A DNA stretch of 64,000 nucleotides from Candidatus Atabeyarchaeum deiterrae (lineage in GTDB: Archaea > Asgardarchaeota > Atabeyarchaeia > Atabeyarchaeales > Atabeyarchaeaceae): the NCBI GenBank assembly GCA_037310415.1, contig CP147780.1, forward strand, positions 1,088,001 through 1,152,000, written 5' to 3'. The position numbers and the translations under genes were made by a program. The notes under the pieces are model-generated. The model was given only the letters and a program-made list of their open reading frames with translations, searched no databases and was not told the DNA's origin. Of the stretch, positions 19,376 to 27,788 are shown one piece after another; position 1 is the first letter of the stretch; every line of letters begins with the position of its first letter.

Positions 19376-22096
19376 ATGATGAGCGAGAAATACCTTATCT
19401 TCCTTGATATCATAGGGTTCCAAGATCTGCCTCGTGAAATAGCTCAGGCGACTCATGTGGAGGAGAAGAAGGTAAGATCTGACTTAATAGACACGATAGA
19501 GGAGCGACTATGCGCGATTGAGGAGAAGGGTGAGATCCTTGGCAAGACGTACCTAACTGATGACTGGATTCTTGTCACCGATTCTCTGGATCTGGCAATT
19601 AAGGTTGTATCCGAGGTCTTGGACCATAAAACTGGATACAAAGATTACCAAAGCATTCCCTTGGAAATTGGGATCGGTTCAGGCAACTATGATAGATGGG
19701 CAAAATTCGTCGGCAAAGATCTAATCTGCGAAGAGGATACAGTGAAGCTTCTCAAGACCGATATCATCAAGTACTATCATAGATGGTACGAGAAAACGCA
19801 TGGCTCAGAATTGAAATCAACTTTTGTTATTATTACACAGTCTATATATCAGGAAATGGAACCTCTGGACAGGAAAATGTGTCAGAATGTCCCCTATCTA
19901 ATTGACAGAGGCACAAAGAAGGAGAAAGAGACCATTGGTTTCTTTGTTGCCGATGTTAGTGGAATTACCCGAAGAGGCAAGGTTTTTGAATTTCTTGAGA
20001 AAATAGGTCGCAAAGGTAGTAAGCTCTACGATCGGATTGATTACTTGTATGTCCCTCCAGTTGAATATGATGCGATAAAGGAAACTTTGCAGAAGAACAA
20101 AGTTGTCTTCATTACTGGAACGCCAGAGTATGGCAAGACCTACACAGCTGTGAGGCTGTTGTGGGAGTATTTCAACATGACGTACGAACCAATATGGAGG
20201 GCTGGCGGAGAGAGGAGTGAAAGGACAGAAACTAGAAAAAGAATGGAAGACATAGGAAAGGAGTTGGTGCCACATCGCGTCATATACTTTGAAGACCCTT
20301 TTGGAAGCATGGAATACGAGGCAAGGGAGAGCTTGGAAAGAGATATCGGAGGGATAGTAGAGCTCGTTAGGAAAAATCAATTGGACGCGTATGTGATAAT
20401 AACATCTCGAGAAGAGGTGTTCAAAAGATTCAAGAATGAGAAAGTGCCTTTGACGGATCTCGGAGAGTTTGAGAAGAAACTTGGCATCAAGAGGCAATCT
20501 TACGACTACAAGCGGAGAAAGGACATGCTCATTAGGTGGGCTGAGGCGAAAGCATGCAAGTGGAGCGATGATACGAATCTGATGGAACTTGTCTTGAAGA
20601 GTTTAGAAAATCGTGCAGTTCTACCAACGCCATTGGGTATAAGGGATTTTGTCTTTTCAACAGTCGATGTGAAAGACAGCAGAAAACTGTTGGAGGATCT
20701 GAGGGTTAAGTCAGAGGAAACTGCGAAAGGCTTTGCCAAAGAGATCGAGAAAATGCCCTCCTACATGATGGCTTTCTTGATATATCCACTCGTCTCCTTC
20801 TTCAAAGTAGATGTGTTGAGAGTGCTATATAGAAGATTGGTAGAGGAAGTGGAAATGGAGGAGGAGCCTTGGACATTCGAGAATGTTCTTGGCTGGTTCA
20901 AAGATGACAAGATAGATGTCTCGGGTGAGGTTGTAATGTTCTCTCATCCTTCGTACGGTGAGGCTGTGAGGCAACTCTTGTCAAGAGAGGATCAACTTCC
21001 TCAGACCAGGAGAGATATCATTCACAAGATACCATTCATGGTGCTAGAACAAGCAGATTTTCAACCACGCGTAGCAGAATTTGTTGAAAGAGACTTCAGT
21101 TATCTTTCGAAGGATCTCCGAAATGGCTTGTTACTGAAACTGGGTGAGATCTGCAGAACCAAGAATGTCACTTCCATGCTTATTGCGGATCATGTTTCAA
21201 GAGCTATTGCGGGGAATTTCGGAAGCCTTCCTGATGAAGTTGGAAACATATTGTTTGAACTTTCCAAATACGACATAAGCAAGTGTTCTGTGGCTAGGTC
21301 CATCATTAGTAATTACAGTAACCTACCTGAATCTGTCCAAGTTCTCGTCTTCGACCTTTCTGGGGACAGTGTGAGTGCGAGCACAGTAGCAGATGCTATC
21401 GTTCAGAATTTCAATAATCTCCCAGAAAATGTCCAAGACCGGCTGTTCGAGCTTTGCAATAGCAAGATAATCTTATGGACCTCCGCAAGAAGCATTGTGA
21501 AAAACTTCGGTACACTCCCTAGTAGTGTTACTGATTTATTGTCTGAGCTTGCTGATGATGATGGTGATATTGCGGAAACCTATGCTGATGACGTGGCGAG
21601 GGCGATTGTAGAGGAGTTTGGAAGAGTTCCTGAGAATGTGAGATCGCTATTGTTCAGACTTTGTGACAAAGCCAAGACCAATATCGGAGTAGGTATGTCT
21701 ATCGTGTTTGACTTTGCCAATCTCCCTGATTCCGTAAAAGAATTGCTGTTCAAGCTCTCTGATGAGCCAAGAAATGCAGAATCCATAGCGTGGGCCATCG
21801 TGCTCTGTTTTGGCAACCTTCCTGACCGTGTCAGAAATTTGGTCTTCAAGCTGTGGTTGAAGATTGACAATACTGAAGATATCGAAGACTTGGCCCAGGC
21901 AATTATAATGATGTATTCTATTCTTCCAACTGATTTCAGAAACCTCTTGTTCAAACTCGCTGATTTCAGCCAGACTGCGTTAAGCAAGATAGAAAAGTTG
22001 GTGACTGACGATCGTAGCCTTCCTAATGATTTCAAGAGTGAGCTTCTTTCTAGCTTCTCCGAGAAGAGAAGGACATATCGCGAATCGGGACATTGA
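19376..22096 (+). CDS. NLR/Avs-like protein: class III nucleotidyl cyclase-like domain + nSTAND3 NTPase + 32-aa helical repeats
   Basis: IFLDIIGF, KTYLTDDWILV and LEIGIGSG (cyclase fold); GTPEYGKT Walker A; IYFEDPFG; YVIITSR; about 9-10 VAxAIxxNFxxLPxxVxxLLFxL repeats. Confidence 0.8.
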   Translation: MMSEKYLIFLDIIGFQDLPREIAQATHVEEKKVRSDLIDTIEERLCAIEEKGEILGKTYLTDDWILVTDSLDLAIKVVSEVLDHKTGYKDYQSIPLEIGIGSGNYDRWAKFVGKDLICEEDTVKLLKTDIIKYYHRWYEKTHGSELKSTFVIITQSIYQEMEPLDRKMCQNVPYLIDRGTKKEKETIGFFVADVSGITRRGKVFEFLEKIGRKGSKLYDRIDYLYVPPVEYDAIKETLQKNKVVFITGTPEYGKTYTAVRLLWEYFNMTYEPIWRAGGERSERTETRKRMEDIGKELVPHRVIYFEDPFGSMEYEARESLERDIGGIVELVRKNQLDAYVIITSREEVFKRFKNEKVPLTDLGEFEKKLGIKRQSYDYKRRKDMLIRWAEAKACKWSDDTNLMELVLKSLENRAVLPTPLGIRDFVFSTVDVKDSRKLLEDLRVKSEETAKGFAKEIEKMPSYMMAFLIYPLVSFFKVDVLRVLYRRLVEEVEMEEEPWTFENVLGWFKDDKIDVSGEVVMFSHPSYGEAVRQLLSREDQLPQTRRDIIHKIPFMVLEQADFQPRVAEFVERDFSYLSKDLRNGLLLKLGEICRTKNVTSMLIADHVSRAIAGNFGSLPDEVGNILFELSKYDISKCSVARSIISNYSNLPESVQVLVFDLSGDSVSASTVADAIVQNFNNLPENVQDRLFELCNSKIILWTSARSIVKNFGTLPSSVTDLLSELADDDGDIAETYADDVARAIVEEFGRVPENVRSLLFRLCDKAKTNIGVGMSIVFDFANLPDSVKELLFKLSDEPRNAESIAWAIVLCFGNLPDRVRNLVFKLWLKIDNTEDIEDLAQAIIMMYSILPTDFRNLLFKLADFSQTALSKIEKLVTDDRSLPNDFKSELLSSFSEKRRTYRESGH
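21194..22050 (+). repeat. Coding tandem repeat, ~96-nt/32-aa units (HEAT/ARM-like)
   Basis: Units such as VSRAIAGNFGSLPDEVGNILFELSKYDISKCS, VARSIISNYSNLPESVQVLVFDLSGDSVSAST and VADAIVQNFNNLPENVQDRLFELCNSKIILWT. Confidence 0.9.
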
Positions 22097-22239
22097 CCAT
22101 ACTGATAGATCTTGAGGTGCTTTTCAGCCGCCAGTTGCGGAGCCGGTGGACTGCTCTGATGCGTAAAAGACTTTAAGCATTCCTAGGTAGAATCATGTTG
22201 AAAAAGGCTTGATTACTCCTTCTATGGCAGCATTGAAGT

Positions 22240-22701
22240 TTATTCCTGCGTGGCCGCCAGCTTTTTTCGCATAAATGACTCGTACTCCACAGCTGTCAGA
22301 TACTGCCCAGCCATTGTGATTGGCTTATGGTATGCAACCGGTTCCGAGTACTTCCTTAGTTCGTTTAGCACCAGCGTTAGTACTTCCTTTGATGGGGCTC
22401 GCGTAGGCGAGTTCTTGACATAGGCAAGGAACTCGGCTTCGCTCAGAAAGAGCTTCTCCCTATACCTAGTGATAACGCTGTCAGGGGTCAGAAACTCAAC
22501 TCTCACGATAGTGCCTTCGCCGACCAGCTTTTTTGTTCCTCTAGATGCATAGAATATGACCTTGTTCTTTGGTCGTAATCTGGTGAAGTTGCGAGGAAGG
22601 AACTTGGCGAAAACCTTGGTTCCTCCATCGAAAAGCCTGTCAATGAGGCGGTCTGGGACTGGATATATTACTCCAACTATACGATGCATCGCGCTCTCCA
22701 A
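22240..22701 (-). CDS. DUF365-family PUA/ASCH-like protein
   Basis: VGVIYPVP...RLFDGGTKVFAKF...KVIFYAS...LVGEGTI...MAGQYLT. Confidence 0.75.
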   Translation of the reverse strand: MESAMHRIVGVIYPVPDRLIDRLFDGGTKVFAKFLPRNFTRLRPKNKVIFYASRGTKKLVGEGTIVRVEFLTPDSVITRYREKLFLSEAEFLAYVKNSPTRAPSKEVLTLVLNELRKYSEPVAYHKPITMAGQYLTAVEYESFMRKKLAATQE

Positions 22702-22936
22702 GGACTTTTCGATTCCTCCAGATGATTATTGGCGAGGTGAAAGATGAACTGATGAATCCATGTTGGCGTTTTCTTGGCCCTGTCGAATGGAAGGCTTCCA
22801 CCGATATTAGGTCAACTCGATCAATTAAGCATTGTCTCATGATTTCTCTAGGTCAAGGAGCGAGGAGGAGATAGCTGGGGGTTTTTAGTGCCTCGTTGGG
22901 AACATACTCAAGTAGTGGCTTCGAGGATGAAGACTC

Positions 22937-25900
22937 TTGGGGTTAGAGAATCGTGTGAAGTTTCGTTGGCTTGCTTGGAGAAAGAGGGTTGTTGTTGTTC
23001 TATTTGTCGGTGTTATGGCCCTCCTCTTGCTGTTGAGATTCTTCGGTGAAGCGATATCGAGGGCTCTCTCTTCTGTACTTCCTAGTGCCGTTTCAATTTT
23101 TGCTCAACTCATCGCACCCACTATCATTGCCAGCTTCATGATCTTTTTAGTCGTTTTCGTTAGAAGAGGTTCAGGATTGTTCCTCCGCCGGAAGCGAACC
23201 TATAATATTGGCGGCCTCGCTATATCGGCTCTTGAGTTGCTGAGTGTTCCCAGTGAAAGTGTCAGGCAACGGGTTAGAGGCGCCGTATCGAGAGACGAAC
23301 AAGAGGATGGTGCTGCGGTGAGCGATGAGAGGCAGTACCAGTTCAGTCACCTAGCAAGTTTGTTTGAGAAGAATGGGTCTAAACGTGTAGGAAATGGTGG
23401 AGGCTTGGGATACGAGATCCACTTCAAGAACGGACTCATAGGCGTGGATTTCGTGGTGACTGGTCAGGACACAGAGGAGTGTAAAAGAAGAAGGGAGCAG
23501 ATTGAGGCAAGTTTGCTGAGTAAGTTTCCTGTTCAACTCATGGAGGTGAGAAGAGAACATCTCGTGGACCTTGCGTTGATGGGGTTCGTGGAGAAAGCTA
23601 ACTACAGAGGAACGGTTGAAGTTCTGGCAGTAGACAACAGAATCGCCCAGGTTGTCTCTGGTGGGCGATCCCGCTATCTTGGGGTCGTCGCTCTCATGGG
23701 TCGCCCCGAGATGAGCGCCCACGAACAGCGTTGTCAGATTGACCAGTTCATAACTGGTATTAACAGCGCATTGAGGTTTGGTCGCGGCGGTGAAGAGAGA
23801 GGTGAAGTGCGCTTTGTTGTCTCATTTGAGGCTTCAAACCCTCCTAAGCACCCCAGTGATGCGTCGTTGAGGGAGAAGTTGCGGGAGAAGCCCGATGTAA
23901 GGTTGAGTCTGGCACGAAAAAAGGTTGAAGTTGAGGCAATGGAGATTGAGTTCGGTCAGCGCGTAGGATGGTGGAAGGTCTCCACATATGTAGTCGTGGT
24001 GAGCGACAGCCTTGGCCTTGTCAAGCAGAAGCTTGAGTCGGTAAGAAGTGTCTTGAGAAGTGTTTGGAGTGGCAGCCACTTCTCGCCAGTTAGCAGTTTT
24101 CTTCATGGTAAAGAGATTGTAGCGTACCTTCCCCGTATCATGCGGAGAGTTCTCCTTCCAAGGAGATACGTGACCGGGATGAGCAGCCTAAGATTGAGTT
24201 CTCTGGTTCACATACCCGAGGAGCCGCATCCGCCTCTGACTAGGATGACCGCGCCTCTCTTTGAGGCACCTGACCCGTCAGTGATTATCGGCAGCAACCA
24301 TGTTGACGTTATCACGCTGGGGGATGTTCTCAATTCTACTGGTGGAGCGTTGTACCCCCTAACTGTTCCCGTGCGTGTGTTAGGCACTCACGCTGTTGTG
24401 TTCGGCGAGACAGGTTCAGGGAAAACCTGCCATATTATCAGTTTGTTATGGGATATGACTGGAGGAAACGAGGCTAATGGGGCTGAAAATGAGCTTGGCT
24501 CCCGTATTCCCTTTCTCGTACTCGATCAGAAAGGAGAGTACCGCTGCCTCATTCGACCTGAGAGGGGAATAATCTATTTCTTGCCTGGGTCTCGCCTTGC
24601 TCCCCTTTTGATAAACTTGTTCGACCCCCAAGGTGATGAGCCTGAGAGTCACGCGAAGCGCATTTTCAACATTATCAGGGAGATCTTATTCACAAACCGA
24701 ACTGAACTCACTCCGCAGATGGAGCGCGTGCTCTACGATGTTCTCAGTATGTCTATTGGGGGCGACTGGGACAAGTTTAACGCGAATCTAGCAGAGTATC
24801 TTACTCTGCACGGAGAAGAGTTGCCTCAACTAGGCGCGACTATCCAAGGGATACTTAACAGAGTGGGGCAGTTCACTCGACCACCCCTCTCCCAAGTGTT
24901 CAACTGCAGAGAAAGCAACGTGAACTTCAACCACCTTGTCCAGCGCAACGCCATAATTGATCTTAGTGAACTTCGAAGGCAGGGCACGCCTGAAGATGTT
25001 CGGTTGCTAGCCAACATCATTGGCAAGTATGTTAGCGTTGCGTCGTTGAACAGGGGCCCTGACTTCAGTGGTCAGCTGAGACACCTGTTCGTTGTGGACG
25101 ATGCCCTCGATGTGGTGCCTGAGGTGCTTGCGAAGAAGACTACCGCCGACGTGGGAACAATCGAGTACATGGCTATGCTTCTTCGAGCGACGGGTCAAGG
25201 CTTGATCGTGGTGTCGCAAAGACCTAACATAGCAGAGAACGTGATCGGGAACAGCGGTGTAAAGTTGTTCTTCAGGACCGTGGTGGACAGTAGGGATGTG
25301 GCTGCTTGGATAAACCTGTCCGAGGAGCAGCAAGCATACCTTAAGGTGTTGCCGAGGCAGGAAGCGATCATCATGGTTCCCCAGCACCCTGCGCCGATGC
25401 GGATTCGGGTCCAAGATGTCAGCACCTTCGTAAGTAGAAAGGTTACCGATCGCGACATAACTGTTAACAACATGATCAACTACCCGCTCATGTATGACAT
25501 GTGGGGAGAAGAGGTGGGAAGGCAAAGCAGTGAAAATAAGCTGGAGCCATCGCGGTTGCACAGTGGGGAGAACTCACTCTTGGAAAGTGAAACAGTCGGG
25601 GTCAAAACGGCAGAAGCAGTCTTGGAAGAGGAATGCGTTGGGAAAGCGACGAAAGGGGAGGACGGTGACGAATGCGAGGAAGATAAGGTTTGCAGGCTAA
25701 ATGCAGATAGCCGTGAGGCTTGGGGAAAACTAAGCCCATGTCTAGCGGACGGACTTGCCGTTGACAGCGAGTTTGTTTCCCGTATTCTCGGCGTGTCGTC
25801 GAAGGTTGCTCACCGCATGATGCTCATGCTCAAATCCGCCGGTCTAATTGTGGTTGCGAAGATACCCAACTACGCATACGGTAAGGGTTTCCAGTACGCG

Positions 25901-27121
25901 TACTACGTGCCGAAGAAGGGAACATATGGTAGTGGCATAGTAGCGTACGTTCGTGAGAAGATCTACAGCGAGGTGACCAGCAGGGAAGCGCTGGCTGAGT
26001 TGCAACCCAAGGGGATGAACAGCGCAGACATGATCATCCAATACATGTATCCTCTCATTATTCAATTAGCTGGCGAGAGCAGCTCCGTGTTGTCAGTGTT
26101 GAGAGATAGAATAGGGAGAGCGGCAGAGGAATTCGCTTCTACTAGGGGAAGACTACTCTCCGACACGGGCAGAGACATCGAGACTAAGGTTGTTGTTGTC
26201 ACCTTGTGGAGCAGCATCGCTAAGAAACTTGAGGAAGCGCGCCGAAGAGGCGAACTAGGCAGAGACTGCTTATGTGTCTTGGCCTTCAATAGGCGAACCA
26301 TGTCTCTCCTCGCAGACTATGTACTTCACCATATACAGCTTGGAATCCTGACGGGGGAAGGAGAGGACGGAGCGGATGAAGGTAAGACAAGACTTGAGAA
26401 AGACGATTCGAGTCGACTGGAGGCATCGGATGAAGCAGGATCGGGAACTGGAGACATTGAAAATGAGAATAAGAGGTTGATTAGGAATAGGGTCTTGGCG
26501 GTTGTCAAAGAGTCTGGGGGCATTGAGCCTCATGCGGTTGCTGAGAAACTTGGCGTACGTCTGCCTAGAGTCAGCGAGGTTGCCAAGAGTTTGAGGGACG
26601 AGGGATTAATCAAGGTTGCGAGGAATATCCCATTCATCTCCTCGCTCAAGAAAAGTAACGCAGTCTTCTATCTTGACGCAGCGAGACCGACGGTTCTCCA
26701 CGACACGCTTATGAATGAGATTTGGAGGTGGAACTCCGAGTTGGGAGGTCGCTGTAGGGACTACGGCTTTGAGTATGGTGGGAAGACTTGGTGCACGGAT
26801 GGCTTGCTTGAGAACAGAGGTGGCAGCTTCATACTTGAGGTAGTTGCTGGCGACTACGAGGAGAGGATTGTTGAGCAGCTTCAAGCGTACTCCGGCAAGG
26901 TTGGCTACATGGGGATCAAGGGGATAGTAGTAGTTTTCTTGGTTATTGATTGTCTTGTTAGGGTGAGAGAGGAGATTGCGGCTAGTGAGATTGCTCTTCA
27001 CAATGTAGAGCTTCTTACTACACTTCGTTCTAGAGAGGAGAAACTTCAATTCAAGTCACTGCTATTGCATGGGCGTACTATGTCTTATCATAGAAATCAT
27101 GATGCGATCAAGAGAAGCTGA
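22937..27121 (+). CDS. Membrane-anchored HerA/VirB4/T4CP-like ATPase with C-terminal tandem wHTH + nuclease-like domains
   Basis: N-terminal TM helices; HAVVFGETGSGKT, LVLDQKGEY, LFVVDDA, LRATGQGLIVVSQRP; C-terminal wHTH and H...DG...LEV. Confidence 0.8.
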   Translation: MGLENRVKFRWLAWRKRVVVVLFVGVMALLLLLRFFGEAISRALSSVLPSAVSIFAQLIAPTIIASFMIFLVVFVRRGSGLFLRRKRTYNIGGLAISALELLSVPSESVRQRVRGAVSRDEQEDGAAVSDERQYQFSHLASLFEKNGSKRVGNGGGLGYEIHFKNGLIGVDFVVTGQDTEECKRRREQIEASLLSKFPVQLMEVRREHLVDLALMGFVEKANYRGTVEVLAVDNRIAQVVSGGRSRYLGVVALMGRPEMSAHEQRCQIDQFITGINSALRFGRGGEERGEVRFVVSFEASNPPKHPSDASLREKLREKPDVRLSLARKKVEVEAMEIEFGQRVGWWKVSTYVVVVSDSLGLVKQKLESVRSVLRSVWSGSHFSPVSSFLHGKEIVAYLPRIMRRVLLPRRYVTGMSSLRLSSLVHIPEEPHPPLTRMTAPLFEAPDPSVIIGSNHVDVITLGDVLNSTGGALYPLTVPVRVLGTHAVVFGETGSGKTCHIISLLWDMTGGNEANGAENELGSRIPFLVLDQKGEYRCLIRPERGIIYFLPGSRLAPLLINLFDPQGDEPESHAKRIFNIIREILFTNRTELTPQMERVLYDVLSMSIGGDWDKFNANLAEYLTLHGEELPQLGATIQGILNRVGQFTRPPLSQVFNCRESNVNFNHLVQRNAIIDLSELRRQGTPEDVRLLANIIGKYVSVASLNRGPDFSGQLRHLFVVDDALDVVPEVLAKKTTADVGTIEYMAMLLRATGQGLIVVSQRPNIAENVIGNSGVKLFFRTVVDSRDVAAWINLSEEQQAYLKVLPRQEAIIMVPQHPAPMRIRVQDVSTFVSRKVTDRDITVNNMINYPLMYDMWGEEVGRQSSENKLEPSRLHSGENSLLESETVGVKTAEAVLEEECVGKATKGEDGDECEEDKVCRLNADSREAWGKLSPCLADGLAVDSEFVSRILGVSSKVAHRMMLMLKSAGLIVVAKIPNYAYGKGFQYAYYVPKKGTYGSGIVAYVREKIYSEVTSREALAELQPKGMNSADMIIQYMYPLIIQLAGESSSVLSVLRDRIGRAAEEFASTRGRLLSDTGRDIETKVVVVTLWSSIAKKLEEARRRGELGRDCLCVLAFNRRTMSLLADYVLHHIQLGILTGEGEDGADEGKTRLEKDDSSRLEASDEAGSGTGDIENENKRLIRNRVLAVVKESGGIEPHAVAEKLGVRLPRVSEVAKSLRDEGLIKVARNIPFISSLKKSNAVFYLDAARPTVLHDTLMNEIWRWNSELGGRCRDYGFEYGGKTWCTDGLLENRGGSFILEVVAGDYEERIVEQLQAYSGKVGYMGIKGIVVVFLVIDCLVRVREEIAASEIALHNVELLTTLRSREEKLQFKSLLLHGRTMSYHRNHDAIKRS

Positions 27122-27139
27122 CTAAGATCTTGTTGCTTC

Positions 27140-27221
27140 CTATTGTTGTCTAACACGTTTCAATTCGTTTGTGCAATTCAGCATCGCCCTTATTGCCTGA
27201 GCTGCCATCTGAGGGTCCTCG
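27140..27221 (-). pseudogene. Displaced, diverged 3'-end copy of the adjacent acdA gene (integration scar)
   Basis: 27180-27221 matches 27841-27882 at 36/42 nt and reads EDPQMAAQAIRAMLNCTNELKRVRQQ* versus EDPQTAAQAIRAMLDYKSYLERI... Confidence 0.85.
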
Positions 27222-27307
27222 GAACTGAGGGACTTCTCTCCCCTGGAACCTAGCCATATTCCTGTAAGATTATCGAGTGGAAAACTTAAGAAGGTTCAGC
27301 CGATCAC

Positions 27308-27772
27308 GTGACTATCGTTTCCTTGGAGCGGAGGCTTCCGATCTTGGACGAAGTTGCAGGAGCAACACTTATCCTGGCTTTTGTTACATTTCTATTGGTT
27401 GTTGTGTCTATAATTGACACGAGCAGAATATTGAAAGATGACCGAAAAGGCAGGCAGATCAAGTGGGTCGAGCACAGAATAGCCGAACTCTACTATCCGC
27501 TGAATCATAACATGGGCGACTCGATTACTCTTTACGCTTTCATGCCTTCAATAGAGAACAAGCTCTACTTGGCTGAACCTGACCTCAGGAAGGCACTGGA
27601 GGAATTCAGAAACTCCAATATAAGCATCCGAACAATTGGCGGAATGCTCACAGGGGAGATCTTGGAAAACGAGGAACATGTCAGAGACTTGAATAGGGTA
27701 ATCAAGAATCTAGTAAAATCACAGCTGGAAGGTCTTCAAGGACAACTTGACAACTTGACGGGCGCGAAGTAG
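27308..27772 (+). CDS. Single-TM hypothetical protein
   Basis: 154-aa ORF with an N-terminal TM helix and helical body; lies between the two acdA 3'-end copies. Confidence 0.6.
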   Translation: MTIVSLERRLPILDEVAGATLILAFVTFLLVVVSIIDTSRILKDDRKGRQIKWVEHRIAELYYPLNHNMGDSITLYAFMPSIENKLYLAEPDLRKALEEFRNSNISIRTIGGMLTGEILENEEHVRDLNRVIKNLVKSQLEGLQGQLDNLTGAK

Positions 27773-27788
27773 GAAGTACACCCTGGAG

